Of a stretch of DNA of 64,000 bases, positions 37,631-48,400 are shown piece after piece. The translations under genes and the position numbers were made by a program. How positions within the stretch are numbered: position 1 is the stretch's first letter; every line of letters starts with the position of its first letter. The stretch comes from a bacterium (GTDB lineage: Bacteria > Patescibacteriota > Minisyncoccia > Phycocordibacterales > VMGT01). The notes beneath the pieces were generated by a model. It searched no databases, was not told where the DNA came from, and worked only from the letters and a program-made list of their open reading frames with translations. The DNA lies in NCBI GenBank assembly GCA_030697645.1, contig JAUYPI010000004.1, positions 1,141 to 65,140 on the forward strand, in the 5' to 3' direction.

Positions 37631-37648
37631 ATTTAAATAGCCGAGGAG

Positions 37649-37677
37649 GTAGCCGAGGAGGGTCAGACCCTCCTCGG
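37649..37677. repeat. REP palindrome with 5' GTAG
   Basis: GTAG-CCGAGGAGGGTC-A-GACCCTCCTCGG. Confidence 0.8.
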
Positions 37678-37722
37678 TTTGCAGAGCCATCGGTTTACAT
37701 ACTATGTGGTAGGATAATGCTA

Positions 37723-38457
37723 ATGCCGCGACAGACGAGACAGTTTGAAGAGGGCGGGATTTACCATGTCCTCAATAGAGGAGTTGAAAAGAGAAAAATA
37801 TTTTCCAAGACGCAAGATTACCACCGCTTTATACTTGGACTTGAATTTTTCAACTCATCCGATACTACCGACCTGTGGCATCTTCTTGCCCGAGGAGGGT
37901 CTGACCCTCCTCGGGCAAGAGTACAGTCGGTGGGCGAGAGGCTTGCGTCGCAGCGCACGAAGCAAAAATGGCATCTCGTCGATCTCCTTGCTTTTGTGCT
38001 TATGCCAAACCACTTTCATCTTATACTGCGCGAGATTCACGAAGGGGGTATTTCTGCGTTTATGAAAAAGCTGGGTGGATACGCCATGTATTTTAATAAA
38101 CAATATCATCGCGTCGGTCCGCTTTTTCAGTCGCGCTATAAGGCGGTACCGATAAAAAGTGACGCACAACTTTCAGTGATTTATACCTACGTGCATACTA
38201 ATCCGGTAGAGATCATTGAGCCGCTGTGGAAGAAGGAGAACAAGGTGTTTCATCTCGACAAAGCGCTCGCGTACCTCAATGAATATCCTTGGACGAGTTA
38301 TCATGACTATGTGGGGAGGCCACAGTTTCCTTTTGTTACCCAGCGTGATTATTTGTCCGATTACTTTGGGAGCGCACAGGCGTGTCAGAGGGAAGTAGAG
38401 GAGTGGGTAGAGCACAAAGCGGCGATGGCTGACTTTGATCGGCGCGAGTTTGAGTAA
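37723..38457 (+). CDS. REP-associated tyrosine transposase (RAYT, Y1_Tnp HUH family)
   Basis: YHVLNRG, FVLMPNHFHL (HUH), GPLFQSRYK, YVHTNPV, YPWTSY. Confidence 0.93.
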   Translation: MPRQTRQFEEGGIYHVLNRGVEKRKIFSKTQDYHRFILGLEFFNSSDTTDLWHLLARGGSDPPRARVQSVGERLASQRTKQKWHLVDLLAFVLMPNHFHLILREIHEGGISAFMKKLGGYAMYFNKQYHRVGPLFQSRYKAVPIKSDAQLSVIYTYVHTNPVEIIEPLWKKENKVFHLDKALAYLNEYPWTSYHDYVGRPQFPFVTQRDYLSDYFGSAQACQREVEEWVEHKAAMADFDRREFE

Positions 38458-38464
38458 GGCAGCA

Positions 38465-38485
38465 GAGGAGGGTCAGACCCTCCTC
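38465..38485. repeat. REP palindrome downstream of RAYT
   Basis: GAGGAGGGTC-A-GACCCTCCTC. Confidence 0.8.
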
Positions 38486-38815
38486 GCGCCATATTGTTAG
38501 TGGGTTTGCTGCATAATCACGCCATGCGGAAAAAAATGTTTGTCAGCGTTGCGTGCGGCGATGTTCTTCGGCAGAGTGGTAGTATAAAAAAATGAAAAGG
38601 CCCCATCTTATTTTTCTCGGCGCGCTCGCGATAGTGTTCGCGGCAGCGAATATGTAGACGTTCATTTTTCTCCATTTCCCTTGCGAGTTTGTGTATTCTG
38701 GCGGCAGTGTTTGAAGGTGTCATCGAGATGGGAACAAACTGAAGACGTTGATGAGGTGGATAAGTGAAAAGCCCGCACAGCATCGTGCCGTGCGGGCATG
38801 TAATTCCTTACGGGA

Positions 38816-39496
38816 TCACCTTCGTATGTGTCGCCACAATCTCTCAATGAATGATGGCGAGGGAAGGCGTATCAGCATCGCCTCAGAAGTCGGGATTAAT
38901 TCGTATTCATCGTGTATTCGATCCTGTCGTTCTCGGGAGGAGCGGATGACGCGCCAGTCGTATTCGTATCTCCGTTGTTCGCCTACAAGATATCGGCTCA
39001 GTCGGGTAAAAGCAGCCATTTGAGCGATACCAAGCAGTATCACGGGTATCATCGCATCTCGAATCTCGACCGACGATTTTTGAAACGAATACATGAGAAA
39101 TCCGACTACAAAAAGAGTTAAAACGGCATAGGTGAGTTGCGCCGCAAAAGCAAGTACGCCTCCTCGCGCACCTCGTCGGTTGAAGCGGTGCCATTTAAGA
39201 CGCCTGTCGGGATCGCGGGATTCCCAAAACACCGCGATGTACCCACCGATACGAAGTGCTTGGCTTAGACTGTTGAGGTAAACCAAGCTGGACACTGCGA
39301 GGACCGCAAAGAGAAACAGAGCGAACACAGCGTGACTGACTTGAGGAGATTCTGATCCGCCTTGATACCACGCAAGCGCTACAAAAATGAACACGCTTGT
39401 TACGTACAGTATATATCTCCCGTGCGCAAGGAGTTCCCGTAATTCGTCACGCAAGGAAATAAACTCTTCAAACCTGTTCGAATCAACTTGTCGCAT
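38816..39496 (-). CDS. Hypothetical four-TM protein
   Basis: EEFISLRDEL, RIGGYIAVFWE; lower GC; SD present. Confidence 0.7.
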   Translation of the reverse strand: MRQVDSNRFEEFISLRDELRELLAHGRYILYVTSVFIFVALAWYQGGSESPQVSHAVFALFLFAVLAVSSLVYLNSLSQALRIGGYIAVFWESRDPDRRLKWHRFNRRGARGGVLAFAAQLTYAVLTLFVVGFLMYSFQKSSVEIRDAMIPVILLGIAQMAAFTRLSRYLVGEQRRYEYDWRVIRSSRERQDRIHDEYELIPTSEAMLIRLPSPSFIERLWRHIRR

Positions 39497-39563
39497 ACGC
39501 CCTTCTCCATGGTATGATGAGAAATGAATTGAGGGTGGTTTTTTTAACCACCCTCCAATTTCT

Positions 39564-39779
39564 CTACTCGTAATCTCCGCGCATCACTCGGTGCACTAGC
39601 CGAAGTAAGCATCCGTGTATGGCACCCAAGAGCCAAACCATCCACACGCCAGCTGTATCGTTGGGAACATAGATGAGGTAATACCCCACCATACCGAGGG
39701 ACACAAGGATCAATGCAGGAATCCCAAACAGGAGTACTTTGTCCATAATCTGATGGCGCACTTCGGGAGATAAACGCAC
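39564..39779 (-). CDS. Small two-TM protein
   Basis: 71 aa, SD AGGAG. Confidence 0.6.
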   Translation of the reverse strand: MRLSPEVRHQIMDKVLLFGIPALILVSLGMVGYYLIYVPNDTAGVWMVWLLGAIHGCLLRLVHRVMRGDYE

Positions 39780-39948
39780 ATTTTTCTCCTTCTCATTCTA
39801 AATGCGTTCGACAACGTAAATGTACTACCAAGCCCGGCTTTACAGTGCATGTTTATAGGCAAAAAGTCAAGTTTCCCGTTTTTTATGCGGGCTTGAACGA
39901 TGTTCGAACTACCGGGAAAGCGGGGGAGGGGGGGGTCTTATAGAGATT

Positions 39949-40125
39949 AGACTTCTTCGGAAACCCCTTTCGTGGCGAAATTTTTGATTTTTGAGCGAGA
40001 CGAGGAAAGCGAGCAAAGTGACTCGACGGCGTACTTGTTGTACGATGAGAGTCATTTTGCGAAGCTTGACAAAGTCGCAGCCAAAAATCAAAAATTGCAG
40101 CAGAAGGGAGTTTCCGAAGAAGTCT
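39949..40125 (-). mobile_element. 177-bp fold-back MITE, copy 5
   Basis: Variant TIR AGACTTCTTCGGAAAC/GTTTCCGAAGAAGTCT; ATT/ATT flanks. Confidence 0.85.
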
Positions 40126-40164
40126 ATTGGTTGACAACCACGGCGCGACCCGTAGGATGAAATC

Positions 40165-40833
40165 ATGAAAAAGTTCTACATCTCTCTCGCCACGCTCTGT
40201 ATTTTGTCTGCGGTGTTTGGCATTTGGACACTCAGCCGCGCAGGGGGCGAAGAGATCAGTGCATGCGTCGGCCCCTCCGGCCTCATGCGCTGGCTCGCGA
40301 GCGGCGAGTGCCGCCGCGGCGAGACCGAGCTCAATTGGAACGTGCAGGGGCCGCAAGGTTTACAAGGCGAGCGTGGACCGGCAGGGTCACAACTCCATTT
40401 GTTTGACGCAAGCGGGCAAGATCTCGGGGTACTTCTCGATATAGATAACGACATTCGCGAAAATGGGACTGGTTTTCGTACTGATTTTCCGTCTTTAGAC
40501 GCCGTGTTCGATTTTCAGTCATCTGTAAACCCGCCTTCATTTATTGTCTCTTCGAACTTATTGCCTCGCGGTTTGGTTTTTAGTGAATCAGATTGCTCAG
40601 GGATGCCATTTGTCGTTGAGCGACCGCTCCATGACTACACGGTAACCGAGTTTGACGGCTCGTATTATATGACCGGAGGCGTAGACAGCGATCCGGGCAC
40701 CGCAATGTCATACTTTGACAACACTGGCCGCGTTTGCATGAACATTCTACCGGAAGCGACCTCGACCTTTCCGCTTGTAAAAATAGTCCTTCCTTTTACT
40801 CTGCCCCTTGCGTACCCTCCTATGATTGATTAA
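40165..40833 (+). CDS. Secreted protein with short collagen-like linker
   Basis: Signal peptide, ISACV...C...ELNWNVQGPQGLQGERGPAG; promoter TTGACA-16-TAGGAT. Confidence 0.75.
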   Translation: MKKFYISLATLCILSAVFGIWTLSRAGGEEISACVGPSGLMRWLASGECRRGETELNWNVQGPQGLQGERGPAGSQLHLFDASGQDLGVLLDIDNDIRENGTGFRTDFPSLDAVFDFQSSVNPPSFIVSSNLLPRGLVFSESDCSGMPFVVERPLHDYTVTEFDGSYYMTGGVDSDPGTAMSYFDNTGRVCMNILPEATSTFPLVKIVLPFTLPLAYPPMID

Positions 40834-40908
40834 AAATAGGTAAGGACACCGTCTGAAAAAATTTGTTCACTTGCCCGCGAATGTTAGACATCGGATGTCT
40901 AACATTTC

Positions 40909-41058
40909 ACGAAATTCGAAATCCGAAGCACGAAATACGAAACAAATCAGAATGACCAAAATATAAATACTCGAAACACGACGGCCGTATTTTGAACATT
41001 AGGACATTTGGATTTTGATATTGTTTCGGATTTCGATATTCGTGCTTCGGATTTAGGT
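40909..41058. repeat. 7-mer-periodic palindrome
   Basis: cgaaattcgaaatccgaagcacgaaa...aaacacgac...ttcgtgcttcggattt. Confidence 0.8.
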
Positions 41059-41065
41059 TTTCTTT

Positions 41066-41953
41066 ATGCTTTCTTTTCTCCGCAGACATTTGATTCTTTC
41101 GCTCGGCGCGCTCGCGCTGTTTGCTTTTATTTTTAGCGAAGCTGTGTTTGCGCTTCCGGTGCGGCTCCTCACCTGGGAGCCGGAGCGGCTTGCGCCGAGC
41201 TCGATTGCGCCGGGGGAGGAGGTGACTTACACAGCAATTTTTACGCCGACGCTTCCGGTGCCGAAAGTGGAGAGTCTCACCGCCTCGCTCACGGGTCCGG
41301 CGGCGGACTTCCTAACCTCGCTCACGGTTGATTTGCCGACGGAGACAGGGAACACGCTTCGCGGCGGGACGAGTGTTCCGGTGCGGCTCGCGGTGCGCGT
41401 TCCTCTCGGCGCTGTCGTTGGGAGCTACCCGGGTACACTCACCCTGCGCTACGGCGAGGATGGTCTGCCGCTCCTTTTTGCGCCCGACCTTGCGGTGGAG
41501 CTCACGGTGTCGACCGTTCCCGTCCCGCCTGACCCGGGTAAAGCAGGGAAGGAGACGATCGCGGGGATTGACGTGAACACAAACGGCGTCCGCGACGATG
41601 TCGAGCGCTTCATCGTCTTCTCCTATAACGACATCACTCCAGAGCACGAGAATACAAGGAACGCGCTGTTCCAATATGCAGGGGCGGCGCAGGAGGGGCT
41701 GATGAACGCCGCAGACAAAGTGCAGGCGAGAGCGGAAGGGGAAGAGTTGGATCAAGCGCAGAATTGTCTTTGGGCAGTACGCGGCACCGAGGAGGGCAAC
41801 ACCGCTAGTTCGATACTGACAGCACAAATGTTCAACACAGTTGCTCGGACACGACAGTGGAGCATGTTTAATCAACAACTGAGCGGTCTCGTTTCTGTGT
41901 TAGAAACGAATGAAGAAATTTTACGAGGCGACTGCTCCTTTGAGATTCAGTAG
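41066..41953 (+). CDS. Secreted protein with Ig-like domain and PPDPG...GID.N.NGVRDD motif
   Basis: Signal peptide; PPDPGKAGKETIAGIDVNTNGVRDDVE (Ca-binding-like loop). Confidence 0.7.
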   Translation: MLSFLRRHLILSLGALALFAFIFSEAVFALPVRLLTWEPERLAPSSIAPGEEVTYTAIFTPTLPVPKVESLTASLTGPAADFLTSLTVDLPTETGNTLRGGTSVPVRLAVRVPLGAVVGSYPGTLTLRYGEDGLPLLFAPDLAVELTVSTVPVPPDPGKAGKETIAGIDVNTNGVRDDVERFIVFSYNDITPEHENTRNALFQYAGAAQEGLMNAADKVQARAEGEELDQAQNCLWAVRGTEEGNTASSILTAQMFNTVARTRQWSMFNQQLSGLVSVLETNEEILRGDCSFEIQ

Positions 41954-41963
41954 TTTTGGCTTT

Positions 41964-43109
41964 ATGACGGCGAAATTGTTTCCCATCGTCGTTGCGCTGC
42001 TTCTTGTTTTCGGCTATGCACAGTCAGCGCACGCTTCCGCGTGCGCTGAACCGACAATGTCAATCTTTTTCGTAAACGGGATTGGCAACACTCGTGAGGA
42101 AGCGCGGCAATCTACGAAGGTTCTGGCAGACCATCTTTACACACATGCCGAAGTCACGCCGGAGTGCGTTCAAGTGGGTCTCGCCTACAATCACAACGAA
42201 CCCCTTTTTCTCGACTGGGTTGAGGCGTGGGAGCAGAAGATGGCGGAGGTGGACGACTTTATGGTCACGTTTTGGCTCTTCCTCGGTAGAGTCGCTGGCG
42301 CATCGGACGTGTTCCTCGCGACACTCTATAACGCCGTCACCCTTATTGACCCGCCAGCATACCTCATCGACGCCGATCTTGATGAGCACCTCGCCGCCTA
42401 TCGCAGCGAAATCACCGTAGGCCGCAAAGTGATCGCTGTCCCACACTCTCAAGGAAACTTTTATGCGAACGAAGCATGGGAAAAGCTTACCCCAGAAGAG
42501 CGCGCGTCTTTCCACATCGTCGCTGCCGCAACTCCGTCGGTGAGCGTGGCAGATGGCGGCCCCTACACGACGCTCGATGAAGACAAGCTGATCGCCGCCA
42601 TTCCGCTCTCACTTCCCTCAAACCTCACGAACGGCTCCGACTTCTCCTGCGAGGACGACTGGAAGTGCCATGGGTTCAAGGAGACGTATCTCAAGGCGAG
42701 TGCGGCGAGCGAAGACAAAATCGTCGAGGACATTCTCGCTTTGCTCATCGTCCCCCCTCCGCCTTCGCCCGAGGAGTTCGCGGAGCTTCGCGGCACCGTG
42801 ACCTACCAAATCAGACCTGATGATCCGATTATCCCCGCAGTCGGCGCGTCGTCCACCCTGCTTGCGGCGCCGGTCGGCGTTCGTGTTTACCAATACGCGA
42901 CGACCAGCGTTGATGCGGACGGCCACTATAGCTACCAGAATCTTCCTCTGGGACGCTACGTCCTTCGTTTAGAGCATCCCACGATCAGCCTGAACTTTAT
43001 TTTTTTCCTCGGTATGATTATTGATCAGCCGAAGACCTACATTCAGGATATACACTGGGGGCCGCTGCCGCCAGAGGCATGGGATTGTCTACCGCTGTGT
43101 GCGGAGTGA
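41964..43109 (+). CDS. Secreted alpha/beta-hydrolase (lipase-like) with C-terminal beta-sandwich
   Basis: FFVNGIGN, nucleophile elbow PHSQG, DED, CHGF. Confidence 0.65.
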   Translation: MTAKLFPIVVALLLVFGYAQSAHASACAEPTMSIFFVNGIGNTREEARQSTKVLADHLYTHAEVTPECVQVGLAYNHNEPLFLDWVEAWEQKMAEVDDFMVTFWLFLGRVAGASDVFLATLYNAVTLIDPPAYLIDADLDEHLAAYRSEITVGRKVIAVPHSQGNFYANEAWEKLTPEERASFHIVAAATPSVSVADGGPYTTLDEDKLIAAIPLSLPSNLTNGSDFSCEDDWKCHGFKETYLKASAASEDKIVEDILALLIVPPPPSPEEFAELRGTVTYQIRPDDPIIPAVGASSTLLAAPVGVRVYQYATTSVDADGHYSYQNLPLGRYVLRLEHPTISLNFIFFLGMIIDQPKTYIQDIHWGPLPPEAWDCLPLCAE

Positions 43110-43607
43110 CAAAACATTAACGACGCTTTACAGCGAGTACGCTTTGTTTCGTAACTGTATTTTTGATGAGTTATGCGTTGACAGAGAAGAGCGCACGTCC
43201 GTAGTATGAACATTACGAGTGACGAGGTAACAGTTACCTGTTACTAAAATTGCATCTCGCGGGGGAAACCGGGGTGCATAGCAGACGAATGCTATGCAGA
43301 CCAGTTTTTCTCGCGATTTTCTTTTGGGCGCACAGGGAGTGGAGGTGAAAAACAAACCCGTCACGCGGTTCTTTGCCGCGTGACGGGTTTGTTTTTTGAG
43401 CCCACACGTTGGCGCGTCTCGGTATTCATAAAATGTAAGCGAGACGCGCCAACGTGTGGGCTCCGGGAGACAACATGGAGTTTTGCGACGTCATGTTGTC
43501 TCTGCCGAGGAGCTCACACAGGTCGATACCGGAGGTTTCTTCCGTTTACCATATGGGACGGAGGAAATAGATGTTCCGGCTTTATTGTTTTAACACGTAA
43601 TTTCTCT

Positions 43608-44663
43608 ATGATCAAGAAATTTGGAGTATTCCTTCTCGCACTCGCGGTCGTAGCGGTCGCAGCGCCGGTTCCCGGCGCGGATGCCGCAACCCTCTCGAGG
43701 CAGATCCACGTCACGAACGTGAACTCTGCCTGGGTGGGTACCGGACTCTACGTCTCTGCCAACAGTGGCTCTAATTCAGCCATGGGCGGTGACGGCGGTG
43801 AGGCAGGTGACAGCGGGGAGAGCGGCAACTACGGCGGTGATGCAGGTAACGGCGGTGAGGGCGGCGACGCAGGCAGTGGCGGCACAGGCGGCGATGCGAA
43901 CGGCGATGGTGATGGTGACTGGGGTGGCGACGGTGGCATGGGCGGCACAGGCGGCGACGGCGCCGAAGGCGGTGACGGTGGCGATACCGGGGACACCGGC
44001 AATGGTGGGATGGGCGGCATGGGCGGTGACGGCGGTTCGGTGACGACAGGAGACGCTTCAGCCGATGTGACCGTGCTCAACGATGTGAACTTCAACGACA
44101 CCGACATCACCGACGAGTGCGGTTGCGATGACCCATCGTTCGAGGAGGACGCGAGCTCTTCATGGGAGATGCGCGAAGATGACGACCGTCACTGGGAGGC
44201 GGCATCCGAGAGTTATTCCACACACGCCGTTGAGGAAGAAAACATTATTGACGTTACGAACGTCAACGGTGCAGAGGTGGGGACTGAGGGTGCTGTGTAT
44301 GCCGATACCGGTTACAACGACGTTGATGGCGGTGAAGGTGGAGAAGGCGGGGAGACGGGTAACAGCGGCGACTCAGCAGGCGAGGGTGGTAACGGTGGCG
44401 AGGGTGGCGAGGCAGGCAGCGGTGGCGATGGCGGCGATGCGAATGACGTAGGCGCTGAGGACACCGGCGGCAATGGCGGTGATGCCGGCCAGGGTGGCAT
44501 GGGTGCCGAGGGTGGCAATGGTGGCGACACTGGAGACTCGGGCGCTGGCGGCGCCGGTGGCAATGGCGCCATGGGCGGCTCTGTCACCACGGGCAACTCG
44601 GGCATTTTCGCAGCAGTCGTTAATCTCGTGAACCAGAACATCACCCGCATCACACGCAAATAG
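43608..44663 (+). CDS. Secreted Gly-rich repeat protein (two internal halves)
   Basis: Signal peptide; GG(D/E/N/M) triplet runs; VTN.N and GGSVTTG repeats. Confidence 0.85.
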   Translation: MIKKFGVFLLALAVVAVAAPVPGADAATLSRQIHVTNVNSAWVGTGLYVSANSGSNSAMGGDGGEAGDSGESGNYGGDAGNGGEGGDAGSGGTGGDANGDGDGDWGGDGGMGGTGGDGAEGGDGGDTGDTGNGGMGGMGGDGGSVTTGDASADVTVLNDVNFNDTDITDECGCDDPSFEEDASSSWEMREDDDRHWEAASESYSTHAVEEENIIDVTNVNGAEVGTEGAVYADTGYNDVDGGEGGEGGETGNSGDSAGEGGNGGEGGEAGSGGDGGDANDVGAEDTGGNGGDAGQGGMGAEGGNGGDTGDSGAGGAGGNGAMGGSVTTGNSGIFAAVVNLVNQNITRITRK

Positions 44664-44746
44664 TGTTGACGCAAGGGTGAAGTTTAAAGTCCTCGACTCG
44701 ACGACTCTCGTCGGCTCGTAGGCGAAGGCGCGGAGCTTGTGACTCC

Positions 44747-44787
44747 CGCCTTCCACAGCCCTTTTTGAAAAAGGGCTGTGGAAGGCG
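44747..44787. terminator. Long perfect hairpin after the Gly-rich gene
   Basis: cgccttccacagcccttttt-g-aaaaagggctgtggaaggcg. Confidence 0.6.
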
Positions 44788-44795
44788 AATGCAAA

Positions 44796-45428
44796 ATGGA
44801 AAAATCAAAAATTAAAATGCCAATGCAAAATACAAAATTGTCTCTGACGATTCTCGGTATTTTTGGATTGGCGTTCGTGTCAGATGTTGCCGATGCGAAA
44901 AGTGTATCCGTTCAAAACATAATCTCGGTTTTTTCTTCAAGCGGCGGGAATGTGGCACGGGAGGGCGAGATCGTGGAGGGAAAAGCGGAGAGCGAGGTCT
45001 TTGTCGAGACACGGGTCAACGGCGCGGTTGTCGAGAGCTACGATTCGAGAAAAGTCGTTGAGGAGAGTGCGGTGGTAGCAGACCTACACACGCAGCAGTT
45101 TAACGATTCGTTCGAGAGTGAGGATGGCTCGGTAGAGACGCATGTGTCGCTAGAAAATAGTGTTGGATATCCGAAAAGTGCGGGGCATCGGATGTCCCGC
45201 AGTACCGTGGAACAGCCGATGTCCACTGTTTCGAGCTCGACGAATGCCACCGCGACGGCAGAAGCGCAGATTGCCGCAACGAGAACCGCGGCAGCCACAT
45301 CGTCCGCAGCAACCACCTCGCTCTTTGCCGCCGGAGCGAGTAATGAGGAATCAGCGGCGCAGAGGTCATTATTCAAAAGAGCGTTCAAGTTTATAGCGTA
45401 TGTCTTTTCTTTCAAGTGGATTTTTTAA
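44796..45428 (+). CDS. Hypothetical secreted protein
   Basis: Signal peptide, Ser/Thr/Ala-rich region, amphipathic C-terminus; start uncertain. Confidence 0.65.
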   Translation: MEKSKIKMPMQNTKLSLTILGIFGLAFVSDVADAKSVSVQNIISVFSSSGGNVAREGEIVEGKAESEVFVETRVNGAVVESYDSRKVVEESAVVADLHTQQFNDSFESEDGSVETHVSLENSVGYPKSAGHRMSRSTVEQPMSTVSSSTNATATAEAQIAATRTAAATSSAATTSLFAAGASNEESAAQRSLFKRAFKFIAYVFSFKWIF

Positions 45429-48400
45429 TACGGCGTTCGTGCGGCGCGTGCTCGCGGGCGTGATGGTTGTCGCTCTCCTTATGGTGAGCGCGGTACCGCT
45501 CTCAGTGATTGCCGAGGACGGAGGCGGGGATGTTGTCGCGACCGAGGCCACTCTAGGTGAGAGAGGGACTGACGGGACAGATGGCACCGACGGCGCGGAC
45601 GGTCGCGATCGCGGCGAGCGTGGGACGCGAGATGGTAGCGATGGAGAAGACGGCGGCACGGGCGAGGGCGGCGAGGATGGGAGCGGGGATGAGAGTGGCA
45701 CGGAAGGCACATCCCCTGGAGACGGGACGAGCGGCGAGGATGGCACGGGTACCGAGGAGACTCCAGACGGCGCGGACGGGACTTCTTCAAGCGACACGGG
45801 CAACCAGAGCACGAGCGGCGAAGGGGACACGAGCATCACGACTGGTGCTGCCACGGCCGTGACTGACGTAACGACCAAAGGGAACGTGAATAGCACCGAC
45901 ACAGAGGCTCTAAGCGAGGACGGAAGCGGCAACATTGATGGGAGCGGGAGCGCAAACGGTGGCGGTGGAGGCACCACAGATTCCGGGTCCGAGACCCCAC
46001 CTGCTGCTGATGATGCTGCTGATGATGCTGATGCGCACACGCGCGACGACCGCCGCGACAGCAAAGTGCTCGATAAACGGCCACGTGACAGTGCGACAAC
46101 GACATCGCTTGAGACCATCATCGAGTCTGAAAACGATATCACCGTTGCAAACGAGAATGAGACTCTGGCGTCGAGCGGCTTAAACAGCGCGGGTGGAAGC
46201 GGCTCGGTCAGCGTCACGACCGGCACGTCAACCGCATTTGCAAATATACTCAACGCGGTGAACGTGAACCTGGTGAACTCAAGCGGCCTCATGCTTTTCT
46301 TCAACAGTCTTTTCGGCTCGCTCGGCACGCTTGATCTCCGGACCGCGCTCGGAGGAGATGATGCGCTTATCGGGGGCGGCATTTTTGGCGAGCGAGAACC
46401 CTCGATCGGCACGTGCACCTTCAGTGGCTGCGCGGGCGATGTTTCGACGCGGATATACGCCTCGAGCACCGCGCGGATCTTAAACGACATCATCGTACGC
46501 TCGATCGCGGGGCAGAATGTGGCAACGACGAGTGGCGAGCTCGCACGCATTGATTCCGGCGATGCGCTCGCCGGAGCGAACGTCGTCAATGTTGCGAACA
46601 CGAATATCGTCAATTCAAACTATCTCCTGCTTGCCCTCAACGCCTTCGGCGACTGGGCGGGGGACCTCGTATTCCCGAATGGTGATTTTTTCAAACAAAT
46701 TTTTGGCGGCGGGGCTCGCGGGTCTGGCGACATCGAGGAGGACGAAGAAGGCAGCGAAGCGCACTCACTCGTCGCGAGTACAACGATCGCAAGTACGAAC
46801 ACCGCGGGAGTAGAGAATGAACTCGACGTTGACGCTCGATCGGGCGGGAACGCCGCGACATCGACTCTCGGGAGCGCCGAAATCGAGACCGGCTCCTCGG
46901 CCGCGCTGTCTCAGGTGGTGAACCGGCTCAATCAGAACATCATCGGCGGGAATTCGATGCTTGTACTCCTTCAGATACATGGCGACTGGGCGGGTAATCT
47001 CTTCAACGTCCCCGAGGGGATTCTCTGGGAGAGGACGCCCGGGGGAGTCGCGATTTGGAATGATCCGAATTATGCGGGAGGAGCGGTGGGAGCGGGTACC
47101 AGCGGCTCCAGCGAGGGAGAGGAGGGCAGTCTCGGAGTAATCGAAGACGCTCTCGTGCCGCTCTCGGAGCTCACCGTTTCGCGCGGTGACCGCGAGGCGC
47201 GCCGCGCAGCGCGCGACGCCTCGGACGAGGAGCGTCGCGGTACCACGACGACCGAGATTCTTCACCAAAACGTCGCGGAAATCGCCAACAACGTGAAAGT
47301 CCTCGCGCTCACCGGAGAGAACCGAGCGCAAAGTGTTGGCGATTCACTCATCACGAGCGGGAACGCGCTTGCCGCGGCGAACATCCTCAACATCGCAAAC
47401 ACGAACGTGATCGGTGCGAACTGGATGCTCGCGCTCGTCAATATCTTCGGCGACTGGAGCGGCAACCTCTCGTTCGGCGAGCCGGACCTCTGGATAGGCA
47501 CGACTGTTGACGCGCCGCGGAGTCCCCTAGAGGCCGGCGACGAGCTCACGTATCACTTTACGGTCGCAAACCGTGGCGACGCGCGCGCAAGCAACGTGTG
47601 GCTCAATGCGCGAGCCACCGGCGATCTCATTGCGTTTGATCGGAGCTTTACCGATTCGCTCGGCGACGCGCATTTCTATCTGGGTACGCTCGCGCCCGGC
47701 GATGTGCGGGAGCTCTCGCTCACGGGGCATCTCGATACGCCGCTTCCGTTCGGGAGGCACACGATTGACCATACGTTCGCGATCGCAAGCTACGAGCCGG
47801 AGACGAACCGCGCCGACAACACGGAGACACTCTCGCTCTTTGCATTTGGCGGCGAGGCGCCGGCGACGGGTAGCAGTACCGGCAGCGGCGAGAGCGGCAG
47901 CGGCGCGGGTTCCGGTTCCGGGGAGAGTGGAAGTGGTGCGGGCAGTGGCGGTTCGGACGTTAGTGCAGGCGGGGGCTCGTCAGACGAGAGTGCAGGCGGC
48001 GGTTCAGGCAGTGGCGGTAGTGACGGTGGTATTGGCACAGGCGATACAAACTCCGGCGGGAATACTGGCAGCACAGGGGGCAGCAGCGGCGGCAGTCAAA
48101 GCGGCAGCGGGGGCGCCTCTTCAGGTGGTTCTGGAGGAGGGGGTGGCGGCATTTACTATACGCCGCCAGCGGACTTAGAGATAGAAAAGCGCAACGGCGC
48201 GACCTCACCGGTTCCCGCCGGAAGCTCGGTGGACTACACCGTAGTGATTCAGAATGACGGCCTCGGCGAGGCGTACCACGCCGTGCTGGTCGATGTTCTG
48301 AAAGACAAAGACGGCACGGTGATTCACGAGGAGAGTTGGTCACTTGAGACGATTTATCCAAGCGAGGAGGTGACGGTGAAGTATACGATCGAGTTCAGCC

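Noticed and set aside
37432-40328. Diverged duplicate as a DGR template/variable repeat pair
   Set aside because: Differences are not confined to adenines, the repeat covers the promoter and N-terminus, and no reverse transcriptase is present.
43780-44590. GGCGGT-rich repeats as a non-coding array
   Set aside because: They encode the Gly-rich protein, with synonymous variation.
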